From contig NW_021833065.1 of the NCBI RefSeq assembly GCF_006345805.1, forward strand, positions 62,001 through 126,000: 64,000 nt of DNA, written 5' to 3'. Shown piece after piece: positions 39,669 to 52,290 of the stretch; within the stretch, counting starts at the first letter, position 1; each line of letters opens with the position of its first letter. The DNA is from Octopus sinensis. Taxonomy: Eukaryota. The notes under the pieces were generated by a model. The model was not told the origin of the DNA and searched no databases. It saw only the letters and a list, made by a program, of their open reading frames with translations. A program made the translations under genes and the position numbers.

Positions 39669-39712
<44 letters not shown>

Positions 39713-39775
39713 TATATACATACATACATACACACATATATATGTATGTATGTATAAATATATATGTATATATGT

Positions 39776-39824
<49 letters not shown>

Positions 39825-41877
39825 TGTTTGTGTGCATGTGTGTATGTATACACACACACACTCAGTGATACTGCATTAAATGAAAAAAGTGTACTGAAAA
39901 ATGTTCAGTTACCATAAAAGGATTTAAAGTTGTTGCCTCTGGCCAATTTTCATGGTCTTTTCCTTCCAGTGAGTTTCTATAATCGGAAATCAATTTAACC
40001 TTTGTGAAATGTCATCCTCTCTTTCTAGTCCCAGCATATACTGTGTGAAAATACATTTAACTATCTCTGAATGTTCTACATGTGTGGCTCACATTATATA
40101 TATATTTATTTTTCTGTATAAGTCACTAAGAGATGATAATATCCACTGACCTCAGCTATAATTAAGAAAACAGTTACTGACATCCTACATCACTTTCATT
40201 GCCATGGAAACCGGGGACTTTATTAGCAATTACCTGAAATTATCTTCATTCAATTTCCAGTGTAGTCAGAAATTTTTTTCTTTCATATCTGTTTGTCTGT
40301 TTCCTTTTACCCAGTAAATGCAATAGCCTAAAAAATGCCAGCTATACAAAATCTTTTCCAAAATATATATTTAGCAAATCTAGTAAAATATAGTCTCAAA
40401 AGTAAAAATACACACTTTTATATTTATATCTTTATAGAATTACCATTATCACCATAATTCTTTCCTTCGTTCTCATTCCCAGCACTACTCTCCCACCACC
40501 ATTGTGTCTCCTCTACCAAGCATGGATTAAATGATCCTGTCTCACTATATTTGGAAACACCCTAAATGCTCATAGTATTGATAAAGAATATAAACAAACT
40601 GGATTGTATAATAGAGTAGGTGTGGTAGAATTGTGTCTTAAGGCATATGTAATTAAAGACAGTTTTTTGTGTCTGAATGATCTATTTAGAGCAAACCATT
40701 TTTATGAAGAAAAAAATTATGAACATGATAAAAGATAAATTTGTTTTGGAATAGATAACATTACTTGAACTCCTTTAAATGAAACTTGGAAGTGATAAAC
40801 ATGAAATGTATGATACATAAACTACTAATCCCTTTGAGAAAAGTGTGCTATAAGTTTAGGGTCAGTTATTTTGCTGAGCTTTTCAACAGTGTAGATATAT
40901 TTTGCTTTGTTTCTAATCTGACTATTCTGCTTGTAGTCAGTTGTTGAGGGATATCCTACAGAAAATGCACTCTAACTTAATAACTTTGACCTTTTTACGT
41001 TTTCTGTCATATGTTATTACCATATCTGATGGCATCAAAAACAAAAATGCACAGGTGTATTAGACACAAAATTTCAGCAACACATACTCAGAAAAATGCT
41101 TTTAGTGCATTAAAGTATGTATTATCTAAAGCAACTTAAGGTGACAAGCTGACAGAATCATTAGCACGCTGGGCAAAATGCTAAGTAGCATTTCTTCTGT
41201 CTTTATGTTCTGAGTTCAAATCCTGCCAAAGTCCATTTTGCCTTTCATCTTTTCGGGGTCATAAAATAAGTACCAGTTGAGCCCTGGAGTCAATGTGATC
41301 AACTTATCTCCACCCCTGAAATACTGGCCTTGTGCCATAATTTGAAACCAATATTTAAAGCAACTTCATATATAGAACTTTTGGTGTTTATTTGAAGCCT
41401 ATTTCTGAAAGAAAAAGCATACCTTATATACCATCAAATATGGTACTTAAATCTCACTAAGGACAAGGAGACAAAAAAAAAACAAACCTCTTTTTTTTTT
41501 ATTTAAGACCAGAAAAACTCAGGCTAGTAAAATTCTGTGATGTTTGTATAAGGAACATATGTAAATCATATGTAAACTAGGATAGGAATTCGGGAGTTAT
41601 ACTTTCTGAAGAAATAGAACAGATACAGTGAGAGTAGTAAGTACTTAGCTGAAAAGAACATTTAAAAGTTAGTTTGTTGAAGTGTAACCGAAATTGTTGG
41701 CGAAAGTCAGTATCTACACTTGCGTCAGAAATTAATTAGCACTTCTCAAATTTCTACATTTTCTTACATTTTCTTAATTTAATTAACTTATTATCAGAAA
41801 CGAACTCGTTTTTAATCAAAAATTTATTAAAACATATCCCAGCATACCACATAATTGTTATTAATCGTGAAATTTAG

Positions 41878-42896
41878 TCAATATCTTGTTGCTCCTCCTT
41901 TGGCAACAATGACAGCTGCTACGCGGGCCGGCATGCTGTCTATGAGTGCCTGCAGGTACTGTGCAGGGATGGCCCTCCATGCAGCAAGAAGTGCCCCAAA
42001 CAGCTCGTGTCGGTTCCTGTATTGCTGCACATTCAAATCCCTACCCAATCGACTCCAGAGGTTCTCAATAGGGTTCAGGTCAGGTGACTGGCCAGGCCAG
42101 TCCATGACCGTCACCCCATGGTCCTTGAAGAAACCGGTTGTGAGCTTGGCTGTGTGGGGAGGCGCGTTGGCCTGCTGGAGCACGTACTCTTTGCCACCAA
42201 AGAGGTATCCCGCAGAGGGTAGGGCAGCATTCCGTACTATCTCAACGTACTTTGCTGCGCTGATGTTGCCTTCGACGGCATAGAGCCGCCCAACACCACT
42301 GTAGCAGAACGCCCCCACACCCTCAGACCACCCCCACCATGCTTCATGGTGGGAGCAATGCAGTCTTTGTTGAAGCGCTCACCCCTGTGGCGTCGCACAT
42401 GGACAGGCTTGTCACTGACGAGACTGAATCGTGACTCGTCAGTGAACATCACTGTCCGCCACTGCTGCACGGTCCATGTCTTGTGGGCACAGGCCCAGAG
42501 CAGCCGCCTCTTCCAGTTTTGGGCTGTAAGGAGCGGCTTACGGGCGGCCCTACAGGATTTTAGACCAGCTTCCAGTATTCTGGTCTTGACGGTGGTTGTA
42601 GACAACTGCTTCCCTGTCACCTTTTGCATCTCCTCCGCCAGTTGCCGGCTCGCTGCCCTTCGGTTGTTCAGTGACTTTCGGATCAGCATTCGGTCCTCCC
42701 GCTGGGTCGTCAGCCTCTTCCGTCCCCTAGCCTTTTTGTCAGCTGCTGATCCGGTTTCCTCGTATTTCTTAAATAAGCACTGAATTGTGCACCTGGCTAC
42801 ACCAAGTTTTCTGGCTATTGCAGCCTCCGACAGCTTCCCACACCACGAGAGAGCCTCGTACCGTCTCTCCAAGGTCATGCGAGGTCTTGGGCCCAT
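41878..42896 (-). pseudogene. Tc1 transposase with one 1-nt-deletion frameshift and a D->A change at the second catalytic residue
   Basis: HTH, GRKR, FTDESRF, KHGGG..VWG|AF, QQANAPPH and WPGQSPDLNPIENLW. The frameshift lies in the C5 run at 42312-42316. 34 residues separate the A(D) and E. Confidence 0.92.
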
Positions 42897-43055
42897 CTAG
42901 GAATGAACAATAAAAACCAGTTATTTTCATTAAAACTATTCATTTGAATAATGTTTTGCTATAACAAAACTGCTATGAGTTATTATTCATTAAACAAAAA
43001 AGAAAGAAAGCAGAATTTCTCACCTTATTTGATGTATAACAGAAAGTTTTGTGAA

Positions 43056-43071
43056 CCGGAAGTGACGTCAC
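43056..43071 (+). promoter_or_regulatory. Overlapping ETS-CRE composite motif CCGGAAGTGACGTCAC in the Tc1 5' region
   Basis: Exact ETS (CCGGAAGT) and CRE (TGACGTCA) overlap, about 30 bp upstream of the putative 5'UTR intron donor. Confidence 0.6.
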
Positions 43072-44019
43072 AAAGCAGAGTGTAGGAGAATTTGTGAGGA
43101 AAAAAAATCTTGCAAATACACAAATCAATTAACCTACGAGCTGTTCAAAACGTCTTACGCGATGAGAAAACTTAGTACGGTGTGATTTCGGTCCTTGCAA
43201 GGGGCTACCTATATCTATTAAACAAAGGAAGATTTGTCTGCATCCGCATTCCAAGTTGTTGTTGCACTGCTATGTCAACATCTTTAGGCTGTAGACTCTC
43301 AAACCGCTCTGCAAACAAAGTTACGTCATCGTTCTGCGCAACAGTGAACTCGCAACAAAGCAATAGTTCAAGATATGGCCACTAGGTGACAGCACATACC
43401 TTGAGTGAAGAGCAAATCAAGGGTGCTAATTAATTTCCGACGGTAGTGTACTACACAAATACTTCTAATCAAGAATAAGTTTGTTCTTGCTGCATGGTCA
43501 AGAAACTAACTTTTAAACTGCATGGTTTCCAGTGGTGTATGACCACCAAATTTCAAGCAGGAGTATAATAAAGTTTTCCATTAAGATTTGTGATTAAATT
43601 AATGAGTAAGGTTAATATTTATATTGAATTTGCCATTTTCAATGGGTCTGCAGTGCACACTTAGCACACCTGGAATATTCACCCTTGATGGTTTCGGGAA
43701 TCAGTTCCAATGTGTGGCACCTATAACCATGTATTGACATAACTTGTGAGTCAATTTAATAAACAGAAGCTATGTAGAAGCCCATCATGTGGTGTGTGTG
43801 TTTGTGTGTCTTCCATCATCGTTTGACAACTAATGTTAGTTTGTTTATATTTCTATAACTTAGCAGTTTGGCAAAAAAACAAAAAAACCAGTAGAATAAA
43901 TATCAGACTTTAAAAAAATAAGTACTGGGGTCAATGTGTTCAACTAAATCCTTTATGACAGTACCCCAGAATGGCCACATCTGAAACAAGTAAAAGGTCA
44001 AGTTAGGTATGAGGATATG

Positions 44020-46860
44020 TGTTGCTTGAGTGCATCATTACTGCATTCACCATTCATTAGTATCTGCTCAGGTCATCCCAGCCAACCCTCTGAGTAGTGC
44101 CCTAGTCAGCTCCTATCTCTGTGAAATAGTCCCTTATCTACCATGGTTATATGGCTTGTGGCTAACCAACACAAGCCAGATCCTCAGAGAAGAGAATATG
44201 GTACACACGACCCAACTCAGAAAATCAAGCAACTTGACCAAACAGTCTAAGCTGATGCTCCTAAATCATAAAAGTAACAGGTGCATCTCAGCTTCAGAAT
44301 ATATGAAATCAAGTCAATGGTAGCCCACAATTCTGTGAAGTGTCCTGGTACCAAATGAGTTCAGGCAGACCCCCAATGGCTCCAAAGAGCGTCCAAGTCT
44401 CTCAGCTGTAGAGCAAGATGGGAAAAACTAGAGACCTGAAGACCCAAACCTTTGTCCTCCTGCTCAGATATCAGCAATACCAAACTCACTTGTTAGTGAG
44501 TCCACAACTACACCAGTACACTCTAATTTTTTTAATACTTTGGACTCACAGCTGATGCAGCTATGGATCACACTGCCAAGAGAAGTGAAATGGTCAACAA
44601 CTTTGATAGTCTTACCTACAACAGAGACAGACTAGACAGATTCCCTTCAGGAAACCAATGAAACACTGAATCTGTCTTGACCCTTAGAGACTCTTAAGGC
44701 CAAGTGGTTCCATTTTATAACTTAGTGCAAGGAAAGCACTTCTTAAGACGTCCAAGAATAACTGTATCATCAGTAGAATCTGGGTCAGTAATCCTGGTTT
44801 CACTAATGAGCACTCCACAACTCAATCAAGCCACCATCCAGCCAAGTATCCAATCCATGTAGGCACTGAATAGAGTAAGAGCCAAAATAAACCCTGACAG
44901 ACCCCATGTCTAACAGGAAAAAAGTCAGATGTTAAGCCCTTCACTCACTGTATACAAGGCCACCACCAACCCAACCTGTATGGGAGGTATACCTTGCAGC
45001 TCCAGGATCCTCCAGAGCACATTCCTGTCCACTGAATCAAATGCCTTGTGAAGGTCAGCAAAGGCTGCAAGCAGCTCCTGCCAACAGCCCTGCTTGCATT
45101 TAATGAGTACACAAAGAACCAGGATCTTGTTGTTAGTTGACTTCTTTGGTGTGAACACTGACTGCTCTGGCTGCTGAGAGGCAAACAAATAACTTTACAC
45201 TATGTTTAGAATAACCATGGCAAAGACCTTACTGGGCGCTAAGAAGAATGTAACAGCTCTATAGTTGTTACAGTCATGGTGCTCACCTTTATCTTTCTTG
45301 ATAGGGACAAGTGGTATGACATCACTGATCCAAATTGAGTAGATGATCTGCAACAATAACAAGACTACAACAGGCCCACTTTTCTTGATTATCTCCCAAT
45401 GGATGCCACAAACACCACCTGCCTTCCCACCACTCAGCTGATTTACCACCACACAAACTTTGTCAACAGATGGCAGATCACAGCTGACTGGAAGGTCAGC
45501 CACCAGTGTCAAAGGCATCATGGCATTCATAACAGTACTAAGTGGGTCCACCTTATACTCAAAGTACAATGCCCAGCAAGCCACCACCTTGGGCTCCTCC
45601 ATCAGAATCTAAGACCCCAGAATATCAAGGAGGCTTTGTTACCCTGAAAGCATAGGGATTCTTTTGTAGACAGTACATGAATCAGAAGCATAAAGCTGAC
45701 CTTTGACCTTTTCACAGATTCCTCACCACTGCTTTTCCTTGTCATACCTCAGTGCTCTGACTACTCCACAACTAAACCCCTGAAGCAAATCACCAGGGGC
45801 CTCACCAAGCCTCACCCTGTGACTGCACTTTACCAATGTGAGTGTATCCCTAGAAAGGAAATGTTTCCTGCTCTTTTTTTGGGTCAACAGCAAGGTATCT
45901 CTGTAAGTTTTCCACATACTCACTGGTCAAGGGACACGCCCTACATAGCACAGGCCCAAGCTGTTGCAAAAAAGTCTTGCTTACGCTGTTAGTTTTGAGT
46001 CCATCAACATCTGATCTGGGACTGGCTGCCTTCAGCCTCTTAGACTTTGATCATAAGCTCAACTCAGCTTTAACAAGCCTATTGTCAGTGCTCATGAAGC
46101 TAGCACTTTGAAAAACCTTGCAGTTCTGCAGGACTCTCCAGTAACCATCTACAAGCAGGTGATGGATATCCTTTACTACATGACCAGTATTGGAATACTA
46201 AGTCCAGTGATGCAGCTCAAGACGTTGGTACCAGGAGCCAGCAATGCTAAGTCCAGGAGCATCACACCACTTTCACTCCTAATACTGGACCCTGTTGGGA
46301 GAATTTAATGCATCTACTGGAGTTGACAGAACAGGATATGAGAGTATTGTCAGCCCTTTTGGGTCCAGTACAAGGAGTGAAAGTGACGTGATGCTCCTGG
46401 ACCTTGCCAAAAGCCATGGACTTTGCAGAAAATGTTGAATTCTCAGCTACATATGTTCATTGACAGGTGTTACATCTGATGCCATTGGAATCAGCCAGTC
46501 AGCCACCATAACAGCTACCTCACCAGTATGCCAGTATAGTAGGTGTAAACACTGGTTGAGAATTCATCCCTCCAATAGAGTTGTCACAGTGACTTGCAAC
46601 TAGCCAAGTTCCAAAGCCATCAGGGACAGATGAGAATCATCCCTCAAAGAGAAAACATCCCAGGGACCCCACCTGAAAAGGCTTCCTCAGATTCCATATA
46701 ATTGGTAAAGGACACCTATGCACCACTCAAGTGATGACCCCCCAACCCAGTTGGTCCTCAGGGATTATCCTCATCTGGCAGATGGGGATCCAGACAGCTT
46801 TGCCCCAACCACTTCATATGACATACAGTATAGACAGCCAAGGCATTATCTTGGAGAAAA
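44020..46860 (-). mobile_element. Decayed long RTE-clade LINE (APE plus RT)
   Basis: GKAGGVCGI..E, IPLVPIKKDKG..DCNNYRAVT and AAFADLHKAFDSVDR motifs. An APE GDFNA-like segment is locally inverted at ~46292-46410. Confidence 0.88.
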
Positions 46861-47887
46861 GAACTTGAAGGACCTGTTTGGCTAGACTTTGCTGATGATA
46901 GTTTTATGAGGTTGTAGTGCAAATTCTACCTCAACCTTCTTTTAGTTGCTTAAAAGATACATGTTTTTAAATTACTTTAATCTATTTTCTTCTCCAGACA
47001 GTAGATTATTATATCTATTCCTCAGTTTATTTAATAATAAACATAACCCAGTTTAACAATATTCTTCTAATTAGTTCTTCGTAGTTGAAGGGACTTGAGA
47101 AGTCAGGTACATGTTGAGCCTAATATCACAATTTGTGCAGTCTCTAACAAAAGCATTCCACTTAAGGAAGCAAATTAACCGTCAATATTAGAAACATTAT
47201 TCAGTTTTTTTTAATGAAAGAAATAGGTTAACTTTTGGTTAAATCTGTCAAGCATGATTATGAAAGAATTACTCTAACCTAAATCCTGCTAATAAATACT
47301 TGTTTACACCTATATCTAACAATTTAGGAAAAGTTTCAAAAAACAAAAAATAAAACTGCTTTGTAGTTAAAATGAAATACAATAATGTATTTGTTGTTTG
47401 TTTATGTGTATTTACATTTGTTTGTTTGTTTGCTTGACTCTGTGTGTGTGTGTGCGTGTGTGTGTGTGTGTGTGGTGTGTGTGTGCATGTGTGTGTGTCC
47501 ATCTGCATGTGTATGTGTGTGTGTGTGTGTGCATGCGCACGCAAGTATATCTGTGTATTCATAGCTGTATGCATACATTTCTTAACATATGAACAGATGT
47601 ATGCATACATTTCTTAACACATGAACAGTTAGCCATATAAAGTAAACTTAAAGTGACCTGTTTCAGTAACTTGAAGTTGATTTCTAGTTGTAGGCCTTTC
47701 ATTTCATTCACAAGGTTAATACCTTTATGAAAGATTACATGGTTCCAGGTTCAGTCACACTGTCTGACACCTAGGACTAATATCTTTTACTATAGCCACT
47801 GACTGACCAAAGCTTGTGAGTGGATTTGGTAGATGAAAACTGAAAGAAGCCTGTCATATATATATATATATATATATATAGCAAAAA

Positions 47888-47925
47888 CTGTCTGATGAAC
47901 GGCAACGAGAAACTCAGAGTAACAG
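47888..47925 (+). ncRNA. Minimal type I hammerhead ribozyme motif
   Basis: ctgt-CTGATGA-a-cg(gcaa)cg-a-GAAA-ctc(a)gag-TA-acag: conserved core, GUA cleavage triplet and stem I ctgt/acag. Confidence 0.7.
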
Positions 47926-48119
47926 ATTTTGTTGAATTTTTCTGCTGCTTAAAATAAAGTATATATATATATATTGGTGTTAGGAAGGGCATCCAGCTGT
48001 AGAAACACTGCCAGATCAGACTGGAGCCTGGAGCAGCCCCTGGCTCCACAGACCCCGGTCGAACCGTCCAACCCGTGCTAGCGCGGCAAACGGACGTTAA
48101 ACGATGATGATGATGATGA

Positions 48120-48188
<69 letters not shown>

Positions 48189-48569
48189 TTATACATATAT
48201 ATATAGGTTAGTTGAGTTAGAGGTTAAAATAACACCATCTAAGGGATAGAAGTATCCATTACACTACCTGTATATTACCTATATTTAACCATGGGCATAC
48301 ATATGCAAACATATGCTCATAAATTATAGGTAAAGACAAAGATAAACATGGGTTTATCAAGAATCAAAATTTAAAGAAAGCAGAAAATGGAGAAGTACTG
48401 ATGAGCAACAATTGACTTGTGGGACTGAAGCTGGAACCATGTGGTTAGGAAGCCAGCTTCTTACCACACAACCCCTCTCTGAGAAGACACCTCGCAAAGA
48501 AACGAACAAGGGACAACAATCAAGGCACACTAACAATCTGTCCCGTCCGTGACACAGATTTATGCCAAC

Positions 48570-49230
48570 AGGTAAATGTTGTGTATAGAATACAATGTGA
48601 CAAATGCAACAAGCTCTATGTGGGTCGCACAACAAGACCATTACATGTCCACATCAGAGAACATCTGAACAGGAGAGCCTCCTCCTTCAGAAAACATCTA
48701 GACAGATGTCGGAGCACCAACAAAAGCATAACAGTCACAATTGAAGCCAATGAAAGAAATTTGGGTAATTTAAGAATTAAGGAAGTTATACTCGTACACA
48801 GACTAGGGCCCTAAATTAACAAAAGGCTGGAGGTTGGTAATCAATATATTATTTAGCTACATCTGGATGCGTGTGGGTTCATTTTTGATAACATGCTCAT
48901 GTATTGTTTATAACAAAAAAAAAGAGAACAAAAGAATGGGGGGGAAAAAAAAGGAAGCTGCACGTATAACACATAACTTAGAAGCAGCGCAACGGATGTG
49001 CCAGCACACATGAGATTGAGACATGGCCGACCTCATGCACTTCTCATGAGGAATTCTGTGATGGAGTTTTGTGAGACCACTGCTGAGACGCTTCTGAAAA
49101 AACAAAGAAAAGCCATTGGAAAACCGATTATAGCAGTGACTCCATCAATTCCTAGGGATATCTGAAAAAGGAATTTTAATCCGAAATATCATATCAGATT
49201 ATGGATGATTAAATTACAAAAGTTATTGTA
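48570..49230 (+). mobile_element. Penelope-like element 3' fragment (GIY-YIG endonuclease plus pLTR)
   Basis: VYRIQCDKCNKLYVGRTTRPLHVHIREH...HL...E matches the PLE GIY-YIG with its CxxC. A decayed hammerhead follows at 49162-49195. Confidence 0.88.
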
Positions 49231-49641
49231 GTCCATCGTTTGTATTATAGTGCACTGGTGTGTCATTCAAAACATTTTATTCTTTTTTATGTTTGTATGT
49301 GTGTATGTGTGTGTATACATATGTTTATATACCTTCATCATCATCATCATCATTATCATTTAACGTCTGCTTTCCATGCTGGCATGGGTTGGACGGTTTG
49401 ACAGGAACTGGCTAGGCAGACTGCACCAGGCTTCAGTATTTGTTTTGGCATAATTTTTATAGCTAGATGCCCTTCCTAACAACTACCACCCAACAGAGTA
49501 GACTAAGTGCTTTTTACATGGCACCAGAACAGGCAGGGTCACCAAGTAACTTGCAAGACAAAGATCCTTTGAGAGGGGAGAGGGCAGTGAAGAAGGTGAT
49601 GAAAAGTTAGGGTGTGTGTGTGTGTGTGGGTATGTGTGTCA

Positions 49642-49700
<59 letters not shown>

Positions 49701-50203
49701 GACACACACACACACACACACACATCACATATAAAAATATATAATATATATATCATCATCATCATCATCATTTAACGTCCGTTTTCCATGCTAGCATGGG
49801 TTGGACGATTTGAATGGGGTCTGGGAAGCCATGAGGCTGCACCAGGCACCAGCCTGATCTGGCAGTATTTCTACAGCTGGATGCCCTTCCTAACGCCAAC
49901 CACTCCGTGAGTGTAGTGGGTGCTTTTTACGTGCCACCAGCACAGGGGCCAGACGAGGCTGACAAACGGCCACGATCGGTTGGTGCTTTTAACGTGTCAC
50001 CGGCACACGTGTATCTTAACAACAATTTCCATTTGATTTTCATTTTGATATATATATATATATATTGGTGCCCCAGCATGGCCGCGGCCTTCGGGCTAAA
50101 ACATTTTTAAGGATTTAAGGATATATATATATGAGAAAGTTGGATTGTGAAAGCATGTGGTTGAATATATAGAGTAGTTCTGTAGTTTTTTCACTTTTTA
50201 CTA

Positions 50204-50253
<50 letters not shown>

Positions 50254-50313
50254 TATATATATTATATATATATATATAAATATATACGTATAAGATATAT
50301 ATATATATATGTG

Positions 50314-50381
<68 letters not shown>

Positions 50382-50461
50382 ATATTCAATATGTGACCAC
50401 GAGTGATTGTTGGCGATTTTCTTTCTCTATCTTCCCTTCCTTGGGCCTTTCCTTTTTCTAT

Positions 50462-50495
50462 GTTTCTGACGAAGAGCTCTGCTCGAAATGTTAAA
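50462..50495 (+). ncRNA. Minimal hammerhead ribozyme motif (slightly decayed) in a short PLE-type repeat between (TA)n tracts
   Basis: CTGACGA-a-GAGC(tct)GCTC-GAAA-tg-TTA. Stem III is one C->T change from the palindrome AACGTT. Confidence 0.6.
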
Positions 50496-50593
50496 TTCTC
50501 CTTCTTTCTTTCCTTTCCTGAGCATCCAATAATACTATACTTGTTCCAGGTCCTCACATTGTTGTGTTTTCTCTTTGTTCATGTTTGGATTAA

Positions 50594-50675
50594 CTATATA
50601 TATATATGTATATATATGTGTATATATATATATATATAATATATATATATATATGTATGTGTATATATATATATG

Positions 50676-50736
<61 letters not shown>

Positions 50737-50778
50737 TATATATATATATAATATATATAATATATATATATTATATAT

Positions 50779-50821
<43 letters not shown>

Positions 50822-50856
50822 ATATATATATATATATAATATATATATATATATAT

Positions 50857-50942
<86 letters not shown>

Positions 50943-50949
50943 TACATAC

Positions 50950-50984
<35 letters not shown>

Positions 50985-51150
50985 CACACATACATACATA
51001 TATATATAAAGCAAATAAGTAAGAAGCATGTCAAGGTATTAGTGCAATACACCCCAAATATATATATATATATTATATACATACATACATACATACATAC
51101 ATACATACATACATACATACATACATACAAACATACATATATATGTGTAT
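50594..51150. repeat. Long compound (TA)n/(CATA)n microsatellite
   Basis: Direct reading. Confidence 0.95.
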
Positions 51151-51789
51151 GTACGTATGCTTGCTCATTATATAAATTTTTATAAACTTCACATCATATA
51201 TTTTATGTATATTTTGTATATCAATGTTTTTATATATCGTATGTCTTTGTTTTTTTTCTCCTTATATCAATCTTATCCAGCTTAAGGCTGTATCATGCGC
51301 AGGGACATAGAAATAATCGGACTGAATACCCAATCATGCAGTTAAACCATTGGGAGTGAAAGACCCCTAGCCTTTGTTAGGGCATCCTTCTAGAAGGTAA
51401 CTCAGGTAACTGGGATAACTCCAACATAAATTCTGCAGCTCAGTGGTTACCGATGATGTTGACTTGTTCTTCTTTTCGGATTATGGCTACTGTTGCTTAG
51501 TGAGTGCACAGCCTTTCCTCACTTTAAAAAAATCTTCTTGCACAGGAATTGCACAATAAAAACATTGATTGATTGATTAAATTGATTAACTAATTCATGA
51601 TTGTTGATTGTGCTGTGACTCTCAACTGAATGGCTGGCTATAGCCTTAAAAAGCAAATAATCAATGATGTACCAAAACAGTATAAAAATAAATGGCAGTA
51701 AGGACTCTGGAACCATATCAGATGAAAGAGTCTGGCCCAGCAGGGGCTCCAGAGAATCACAGCCTGAACCCAGCTGTCATCATGCTACT

Positions 51790-52290
51790 ATGATAGAACC
51801 AAATAAAATATTGAATATTGGCTGTTGGAATGTACGGTCACTGCTTGACTGCAAGCCCTCTGAATGTCCTGAACGAAGGACTGCGCTTGTTGTGAAGGAG
51901 CTTCAATGCTATGATCTTGACATCGTTGCTTTATCTGAGATGAGATTACCTGGAGATGGTCTTCTTACAGAATCTTGTGGAAAATATACATTCATTTGGA
52001 AAGGGAGGAATGAAGAATTTAGAGGAGAGGCTAGAGTGGCATTTGCTGTTAAGACTACTCTTGTGGACAAGTTGGAAGAATTCCCAGTCGGAATTAACGA
52101 GCGTCTTATGTCCATGAGAATTCCTTTGGTTAAAGGAAATTATGTGACCTTGGTGAGTGTGTATGCTCCAACTATGTGCTATACTGGTGACGAAAAAATT
52201 TCTTTCTACCATGCTTTGAAGGGCATTATAAGAAATATCCCTCGGGCAGACAAAGTCATCTTACTGGGTGATTTAATGCTAGAGGGGGTA
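51790..52290 (+). mobile_element. RTE/BovB-like APE endonuclease domain (ORF2 5' part)
   Basis: IGCWNVRSL...PERRTALV..EL..YDLDIVALSE.RL...INERLMSMRIPL...SVYAPT...ILLGD, open for about 165 codons. Confidence 0.9.

Larger units (their letters stand above)
41717..43448 (-). mobile_element. Near-intact Tc1 (DD34E) DNA transposon
   Basis: 26-bp TIRs cacttgcgtcagaaattaattagcac / gtgctaattaatttccgacggtagtg (3 mismatches). TA TSDs at 41715-41716 and 43449-43450. Confidence 0.95.

Noticed and set aside
41855-42783. Long + strand ORFs (142 and 145 aa)
   Set aside because: Antisense shadows of the GC-rich Tc1 transposase.
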